A DNA stretch of 27,160 nucleotides from Chiloscyllium plagiosum (lineage: Eukaryota): the NCBI RefSeq assembly GCF_004010195.1, contig NC_057750.1:1221768-1248927 (forward strand), in the 5' to 3' direction. The position numbers and the translations under genes were made by a program. Of the stretch, positions 20,479-27,160 are shown in pieces. The notes under the pieces were generated by a model. It did no database searches and was not told the DNA's origin. It saw only the letters and a list, made by a program, of their open reading frames with translations. How positions within the stretch are numbered: position 1 is the stretch's first letter; each line of letters starts with the position of its first letter.

Positions 20479-20799
20479 GACTCCTGATGCATGGATCCAC
20501 TCAAACGGAAGGTGATATAACAGTGTGAGCTGTGCTGTGATGTCTACAGGAAGCAAGACTTACTCTTCACAGCAAAAAGGATTTCTCATGACTAATGTCA
20601 CGTCCTTGGCATATTATTGATGGGTCTAGTGCCAGAGTTGGCCCACAGAAGACAAGAGTAACAACAATGGTTACAGATCCTTGGACTGTGACTGAATCCA
20701 GGAAATGATGGGTATGGTAAGCCAAGTCAAACAGTCCTTGCCCAACCTGTCTTATAAATGATCCACTACAGTACCTTTTATAACAGGACAATAACGCTT

Positions 20800-21320
20800 T
20801 TATTTCACTCATTTGTGGGATGTGGGTGTCACTGGCTGGGCCCAGTGTTTACTGCCCGACCCTAGTTGCCCCTTGAGAAGGTGGAGGTGAGCTGCCTCCT
20901 GCAGTCTGTCTGCTGTAGGTAGATCCATAATGCCCTCGGGAGGGAATTCCAGGATTTTACCCAATGACACTGAAGGAACAGCGATATATTTCTGAGTCAG
21001 GATGGTGAGTGGCTTGGAGGGGAACTTGCAGGGGGTGGTGTATCTGCTGCCCTTGTCCTTCTAGATGGAAGTGGCCGTGGGTTTGGAAGGTGCTGCCTGA
21101 GGATCTTTGGTGAATTTCTGCAGTGCATCTTGTAGATGGTACACACTGCTGCTACTGAGCATCGGTGGGGGAGGGAGTGGGTGTTTGTGGATGTGGTGCC
21201 AATCAAGTGGGGGCTGCTTTGTCCTGGATGGTGTTGAGCTTCTTGAGTGTTGTTGGAGCTCCCCCCATCCAGGGCAAGTGGGTAGTATTCCATCACATTC
21301 CTGACATGTGCCTGATGCTG
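20800..21320 (-). mobile_element. L2/Crack-like LINE 3' end
   Basis: QAHVRNVMEYYPLA and LIGTTSTNTHSLPHRCSVAAVCTIYKMHCRNSPKILRQHLP. The 3' tail is shared with the family-A SINE. Clade assignment is from memory. Confidence 0.8.
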
Positions 21321-21455
21321 GAAGGAACTGCAGAGGTTCTGAGGTTTTTTCCCCCATTCGGTCATGGGAAGCTGGGATGTAGGTCTGCCTGACTGAGCCA
21401 GCTTTGATCACTTGTCCCTAGTTGCCTGCCAAAATTGGTAGTAAACTGCCTTCTT

Positions 21456-21720
21456 CCTAAATGGGATTTTTAAAGAGGTGACTGGGTGTGTCAATGAGGG
21501 CTATGCTGTGGATATAGTCCATTTGGCACTTCAGCAAGGCTTTTGATAAGGTCCTACATTGGAGACTGATAGTGAAGGTAAGAGTTCAGGAGATCCAAGG
21601 AATTTGAGCAAATTGTATTGAGATTTGGTTGAGTGGCTGTCAGCTGAGGATGGTGGTCAGGATGGTGACTGGAAGTATGCGTCCAGTCGGGTTCCACAGG
21701 GGCCAGTGTTCGACCACTGG
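21456..21720 (+). mobile_element. CR1 RT internal fragment, decayed
   Basis: FKEVT..VNEGYAVDIV..FSKAFDKV.H.RL..K..VPQGPVF.PL. Confidence 0.85.
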
Positions 21721-21779
21721 AGAAATTCCAATAAAATTCCAAAATCAAACAGAAGTTGATATAATTTGATATTTTGATT

Positions 21780-22845
21780 AACTATAACCCAGAGCTGCCT
21801 TTTGTCATTACTGTAGATGTCTCTTCCTCAGGACTAGATATTGATTTCAGTTGCACTGCAGGGGTAACGTGGACCATTCATTACACATGATAGAGATTGA
21901 ACAGAGATATGCGGTGACCGAGAAAGAAGCATTAGTTACTACATGGGCTTGTGAAAAGATTGTAAATTATGTTCTTGGTTTATAAGCAAAATAGAGGCTG
22001 ACCACAAACTCAGTGACACCCTTAAATTCTAAAGAGTTACAAAGATTGGCACCACCAGGCATAATAGCTTAGACTGAGGATGATGTAGTTTACTTCAAAG
22101 ACAGAGCATGTTCCAGGAAAACAGCAGACTGCAATCGATGTTTTGTCCCCATACCTGTGACAAGGTCTAAACAAGATGTGGTTTTTACTGAAAAGATGAA
22201 ACCTTCATATCGATGGTAACCACCACTCAACCAGCAACAATGCCATGACTGAGTGACATCAGAAATACACAGAAATATCCGATTAGGACATGCTCAGGTC
22301 TCCGTACAATACATCAAACAATGACCAGTGGACAAGCTCATTCTCAATCAGTGTGAGGAGCAGAGAGGACACCTCAATGGATTGGATAATTTATTCAGAC
22401 ATGACAAGAGATTAATCATTCTGTCATCCTGACACTTGATATTTTGCAACGATTGGATCACAAAACATGTTGAGCCAGAACAAGATATTCCGGTCAGCAT
22501 CCACATCTCTCAAAATAATTGGAAGGGATGATGTCCAGTTGTATTACTTCTCCTACTGTCACTGGCAGGTAGAAGATTGACCTGGCATTATCCTCCTTTC
22601 CATTAGGACCATTTGGGACACTATGGGTTGGAGCTCAACAAACACAAAGATAAAATGTTCTTGATCATTATAGACAGGTAGATAGAGAGAGGGGTAGAGA
22701 GATAAATAGAGAGATAGAGAGACAGACATGAAGCAGCTGCAGGGTCACATATCTGAAGTAGTGTTTATATTACTGAAGGAGGCATTCACAACATGTGGAA
22801 GCTCAGAGCTTTGTAATCTCAGACAATGGACTGCAGTTTCCCATC
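21780..22845 (+). mobile_element. Ty3/Gypsy pol remnant (RNase H and integrase), heavily decayed
   Basis: YNPELPFVITVDVSSSGL; EQRYAVTEKEALVTTWACEKIVNYVLGL; IEADHK; EHVPGKQQTAIDVLS; KMFLIIID; VISDNGLQF. Many stops and frameshifts. Confidence 0.88.
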
Positions 22846-23186
22846 CCCGATAAGGATTTACACAAGGTTTGTCCAATATTTTCACAATGTTTTTGTCACT
22901 CAAAAAGGCCAACGAGAAATTTTGAAAGGTTAAGGTTTGGCACGTTAAACATAAACTTAAAACAAAAATGCAAAAACAATCAGTTGATCATTTGGAGAAT
23001 GAATAATTAATTTAGGTAACTTTTAAAATATGACAAGCAGCAGGGATAAGTGATAAACCTCTTTCTCCCCAAGTTCACTGAAGACGCAGAGCTAGAGAGA
23101 GGCAGACTAGACCACCAAGCCCGGCTCATTAGGAATGTGTGTGCACCAGAGCTGAGTGAAGGCTCTGTCTTAAATAGACACTGAGT

Positions 23187-23303
23187 TCACCAACAATGGC
23201 ACACATGGACTTCAGCAGAATGCATACGAGATTGGGAATTGGAGTTGGGTACTTTCTTATCCTGGGTCTCCCTCCATTTCCAGCAGTGGGATAGCTTTTG
23301 GGT
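23187..23303 (-). CDS. Candidate terminal coding exon of an unidentified gene
   Basis: Acceptor TCCTCCCTTCCCAAG|, phase 0. [40 protein letters not shown]-rich UTR-like sequence follows, but I found no clear AATAAA. Confidence 0.4.
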   Translation of the reverse strand, partial: TQKLSHCWKWRETQDKKVPNSNSQSRMHSAEVHVCHCW

Positions 23304-23336
23304 CTTGGGAAGGGAGGACTCAGAAATGGTCATGGG

Positions 23337-23505
23337 ATGCATGTGTGCTTGTGTGTGCATGCGTGTGTGTATATGTGTGTGTGTATGTGTGTGTGTGTGT
23401 GAGTGCGTGTGTGTATGTGTGTGTGTATGTGTGTGTGTGCGCACGCATGTATGTATGTATGTGTGTGTGTGCGCACGCATGTATGTGTGTATATGTGTGT
23501 GTGTG
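23337..23505. repeat. Imperfect (TG)n microsatellite
   Basis: TG repeats with TATG and GCGCACGCAT interruptions. Confidence 0.95.
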
Positions 23506-23604
23506 CCTCTCTCCAGCTTATCTCAGTTTCAGGGTCACACGTTTTCTCCTTCATTGCATTCCTCAGTCCCTCCCTCGAAGATTCCTTCCCTCGGTTAAAG
23601 GCAT

Positions 23605-23730
23605 GTCCACTCCTCCCCTCAGAGTCTCCCTCCTTCACACACTCTCCCTCCCTCCCTCTCACCCTCACAACACTCCCTCCCTCACACACTCTCCCCCCCC
23701 TCACCTTCACCCATTCTCTCCCTCCCTCAG
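23605..23730. repeat. C/T-rich low-complexity tract
   Basis: CTCCCTCC and CACACTC repeats. Confidence 0.8.
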
Positions 23731-23914
23731 ATCTACCTTAGACCTCCCTGTTCCTGTGCTCCTTTACTGTACTGTGGTGGGTTGGGGGGGTTACTGGGGG
23801 AGAGTGAGAAAGGACTTTCTGAAGAAGTCGCTGCCCATCCAACAGCGTCACCCCCCTCCATCTCCACCTCCACACCCCTATCTCACTGTGTCTGTTCGAC
23901 ATCTGCTGCTGACT

Positions 23915-24028
23915 GAACCTGGAGTAATGGGGAGAAGACAGGAGAATGGGCTTGAGAAACATTTGAGTCATGACAAAATGGCAGCGCAGACTCACGGGGC
24001 TGAATGGCTTAATTTTGCTTCTGTATAT
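23915..24028 (+). mobile_element. CR1 3' UTR fragment
   Basis: ATGGGGAGAAGACAGGAGAATGGG..CATGA..AATGGCAGCGCAGACTC..GGGCTGAATGGCTTAATT. Confidence 0.7.
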
Positions 24029-24149
24029 AATAGTCCACAGCGCCTTTCTAATCGAGCCTTTCGGGGGGTTTGGACAAGGTCTGGTAGGACGTGGAAATGA
24101 CTACATTCTGGATCCCTGTCCACCAAACAAAGTTTCATACGGCACTCAC

Positions 24150-24300
24150 TGTGTCTCTCGGACTCGTGCACATTATTCCTTCACCATGACATGCAAGGTG
24201 AAGCTGAAAGGGGATTCCACATTGTCCAACTTGCATTTCTGGGTTCCCAGTGAACCATGTCCCAAAATAACAACGTTCCAGGTGAACTTCCCATAGGATA
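24150..24300 (-). CDS. Candidate internal coding exon (151 nt, phase 2 to 0)
   Basis: TTCTCAATCAG| ... ACA|GTGAGT. Only one frame is open: ILWEVHLERCYFGTWFTGNPEMQVGQCGIPFQLHLACHGEGIMCTSPRDT. Non-repetitive. Confidence 0.6.
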
Positions 24301-24621
24301 CTGATTGAGAATTCAGTCCCCTGTTGTCTCACACACACTGAGGCCTTATGTAGTGGAGTGGGGATGTAAGTAAGGGGGAGGAGAATGAGGATGAGTACCA
24401 TTCTAGTTAACAATGACAGACAAGACTATCGTGGGAATTAAATAAGATTTTACAAAAAGGGTTATAACAGAAGCAAGGCGATACCTTCTGAGCTAGTCCT
24501 GTAAAACTCATTGCAGCAGGATCATGACGACCCTGAGGGTTCACATCCACAGAAGTAGCTGGAGAGGAATCTTGTAGACCCTAAGAGCTGTATTAGCCTT
24601 GACAGCAGAATAGAGAGTAGG

Positions 24622-24955
24622 GGGGAGGCGATGGCTGAGTGATATTATCATTGGACTGTTAATCCAGAGACCCAGGTAATGTTCTAAGCACCAGGGTTCA
24701 AATACCACCATGGCAGATGGTGGAATTTGAATTCAGTTCAGTGTCTAATTATGACCATGAATCCATTGTTAGAAAAAAACCCATCTGGGTCACTGATGTC
24801 CTTTAGGGAAGGAAACTGTCATCCTTACCTGGTCTGACCTACATGTGACTCCTGACTCCACTGATGTGGCTGACTCTTAACTACCCTCGGGGCAATTAGG
24901 GATGGGCAATAAATGCTGACCCGGCCAGCTATACTCTTATCCCGTAAATGAATTT
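24622..24955 (+). mobile_element. Near full-length family-A tRNA-derived SINE
   Basis: A-box-like TGGCTGAGTGA, B-box-like GGTTCAAATAC, and the LINE-derived tail GGGCAATTAGGGATGGGCAATAAATGCTG. Confidence 0.88.
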
Positions 24956-25163
24956 TTTAAAAATTCCTCTTGACAGAATAAGAGAAAAGCATAAGTTTGA
25001 AGATTATTGTACAAGAGTAAAGAGTAAACACTGTGTGTGTACATGATCACAGGGGAGATAAAGGCTAACAATATTCTGTATACATGTCGGACCGGGGGAC
25101 AGACAGAGAGGCAGCCTAACACAGACAGCTCCCAGATGTTGTTTGAGTAAACACATAGTTAAC

Positions 25164-25319
25164 CTGATACTCAAGTCCTCCTGTGGTCTGTGCAGAAAGT
25201 GATTGACTACAGCAGTCACATCAGCCAGCAGCCCTCCAACCAGGCAATCAGCTTTGGACTGAAGACCAAGCTCATTATGGTCCAGTGGAGGGTCAGACAC
25301 CACCTCACAGCCTGACCTT
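25164..25319 (-). CDS. Candidate internal coding exon (156 nt, phase 2 to 2)
   Basis: CATTTTGATTTCACTTTGAAG| ... CAG|GTTAAC (weak donor). Only one frame is open: RSGCEVVSDPPLDHNELGLQSKADCLVGGLLADVTAVVNHFLHRPQEDLSI. Confidence 0.55.
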
Positions 25320-25365
25320 CTTCAAAGTGAAATCAAAATGAAGCAACAAATCAGACATGCAATGA

Positions 25366-25590
25366 TAACGGAAACAGAAAATGCTGAAGCTACTCAGCAG
25401 GTCTGGTGGTATCGATGGAGAGAGAAACAGAGTTAATGTTTTGAGTCCAGTGACCCTTCATCAGAACTAGAGGTGACTCAGGAAAGGTATTTATGCTGAA
25501 ACTGGGGTGTTAGTGTAGGAGTGAGAAGATAGGTTCCCACAGAGCACAGCCGGTGAGAAAGGCAGAGAGACAAACAAATGGATAGGTGGG
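25366..25590 (-). mobile_element. PLE-derived terminal repeat with CpG-decayed hammerhead (25431-25468)
   Basis: The minus strand reads AGUU-CUGAUGA-A-GGGUC-ACUG-GACUC-AAAA-CA-UU-AACU, the same family as 13187. Confidence 0.75.
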
Positions 25591-25744
25591 TCAGACATGC
25601 TCCACCTTCTCCACTGAAGCAATGTCCCACACAGCTGAAGCAGTGGTCAACAAACGTGATACCAGGACCAGAGATATCTGTCCATTCTCCTTGTGTCCAA
25701 CAGAGACCATGTAGAAGAGAGACCATGGTGTCCCTGGTAGGGTC

Positions 25745-25820
25745 AACATTTATTACCCATCCCTAATTGCCCTGGACCTGAATGGCTTGCTTGGCCATTT
25801 CAGAGGGCAATTAAGAGTCA
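25745..25820 (-). mobile_element. SINE 3' tail fragment (family-A-like)
   Basis: CATTTATTACCCATCCCTAATTGCCC..GGCCATTTCAGAGGGCAATTAAGAGTCA. Confidence 0.75.
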
Positions 25821-25894
25821 GGCTTCAGGATTTAGCTGAAGAATTATTCACCTTCCCCTACTCCTGGTTAAATCTCACTGCCTTGGTAACCGAC

Positions 25895-25939
25895 CTCAGT
25901 GGTTCCACAGGATGCCACTGCCCAGTTACATAGCAATAT
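25895..25939 (-). CDS. Candidate 45-nt coding exon (phase 2 to 2)
   Basis: TCTCCTTGTCTCTCCGTGATGGCAG| ... GAG|GTCGGT. YCYVTGQWHPVEPL, in frame with the next exon. Confidence 0.45.
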
Positions 25940-26409
25940 CTGCCATCACGGAGAGACAAGGAGATCCAGACATGGGTGGGTGAAGGGGTTAGAGGGAGTC
26001 AATGCTGCATTGGGAGGAGCACCCATAATTCCCACCCACATGAACAGAGTCACAACATCTTGCCACAGCCTGACCACTTCTGTTTGTGAGATCTTACTGT
26101 GAATTATATAGTTCCCACTTTTGCAAACATTCCAACAATTTCAGCGTGATTTTGCAGTATCTAGCAGGACAAACATATAGATATTTTCTAACCGACCCAT
26201 TCAGAGATGTTAGTACACGACACTGGAGTAGGGGTGTCTTGAACCCCAGTTTCCTGGCTCAGAGCTAGGGATACTATCTCTGTGTCACAGGAGTCAAAAG
26301 AGCATGTGAATTCATGACCTCTCTAATGGGGAACACATGCTCAGTCCCTTCCAGTAATGTAAGCTGCACACACTCCACCATTCCTCTCCAGTTAGAGAGT
26401 GTCTACACA

Positions 26410-27160
26410 GGGGTGTGTGTACATATGGGTGCATGGGATGGGTGACTATTTGTGCATCTGTGTGTGGGCATGTGGATCTGTCTGTGCACCTGTGTGTGCG
26501 AGTGTGTGTGAGTGAGAGAGAGAGAGAGATAGAGAGTGTGTGTGTGTGTGTACATATGTGAGTGTCCATGTGCAGGTGTATACCTGTGTGTACATGTGGG
26601 TGTATTTGTGTACATATGTGAATGTGTGTGTAGATCTACTTGTCGATGTCTGTGTGTGGGTGAGTGTGTTTATCTTTGTGGGTGTGTAAGTCTGTGGGTG
26701 GGTTAGTGCATATGTCTCTGGGTGTGTAGGTCTGTGGGTGGGTGAGTGTGTCTGTCTCTGTGGGTGTGTAGGTCTGTATGTGGGTGAGTGTGTCTTTCTG
26801 TGTGTGTGTGTCCTTGTGAGTGAGTTGTGTGTGGATGCGTGCGTGGGTGAGAGTGTGTGTGTCTGTGTGTACATATGTGAGTGTACATCTGGGTGGGTGT
26901 GTACTTGTATGTGTTCATGTGCAGGGGTATACCAATGTGTACATGTGGGTGTCTCAGTGTACAGGTGTGAATGTGTGTGTAGATCTATTTGTCTATGTCT
27001 GTGTGTGGGTGAGTGTGACTGTCTCTGTGGGTGTGTAGGTCTGTGTGTGGGTGAGTGTGTCTGTCTCTATGTGTGTATGTCTGTGTGTGTGTGTCTGTCT
27101 GTCTCTGTGTGTGTTGGGTCTGTGTGTGTCTGTCTCTCTTTGTGTGGGTGAGTGTGTCTT
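26410..27160. repeat. TG-rich degenerate micro/minisatellite running off the window end
   Basis: (TG)n and (AG)n runs, plus recurrent ~40-42-bp units GGTGTGTAGGTCTGTGGGTGGGTGAGTGTGTCTGTCTCTGTG. Confidence 0.9.

Noticed and set aside
20567..20812. 81-aa minus-strand ORF as a further exon
   Set aside because: It starts in a LINE tail, stops before the GTAAGT donor, and has no recognisable homology.
21780..22845. Domesticated Gypsy gene or intact provirus
   Set aside because: Many stops and frameshifts, and no gag, RT core or flanking LTR pair seen.
23239..24100. CV- and HT-rich ORFs up to 251 aa
   Set aside because: Translations of the (TG)n and C/T-rich tracts.
23970..24296. 108-aa plus-strand ORF
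   Set aside because: It begins in a CR1 UTR fragment and is antisense to the better-supported minus-strand exon.
26312..27151. Multiple HT/CV-rich ORFs
   Set aside because: Microsatellite translations.

Overview
Repeat-dense vertebrate genomic DNA, not prokaryotic. The repeat set (HE1-like V-SINEs, HER1/CR1-type LINEs, a Deu-domain SINE tail, Penelope-like fragments) suggests a cartilaginous fish such as a shark; this is an inference from recalled family features, not a database search. Most of the window is a nested mosaic of dead CR1 LINEs, L2-like, RTE and Gypsy remnants, tRNA-derived SINEs, two short TG..CA LTR-like inserts and Penelope-like (PLE) fragments, with a 910-N gap at 3863-4772. 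The main observations are: (1) about nine minimal hammerhead-ribozyme motifs in PLE-derived repeats, two with intact catalytic cores, four of them in short inserts flanked by target-site duplications; (2) a (CCCTAA)n interstitial telomeric array inside a PLE GIY-YIG remnant; (3) four independent insertions into the same ~45-bp segment of one SINE family; (4) four phase-compatible minus-strand candidate exons (25939 to 23187) encoding a Cys/Trp-rich C-terminal peptide I cannot name. Most ORFs in the supplied track are repeat, microsatellite or gap artefacts. I cannot show that any of this is a wholly new system.
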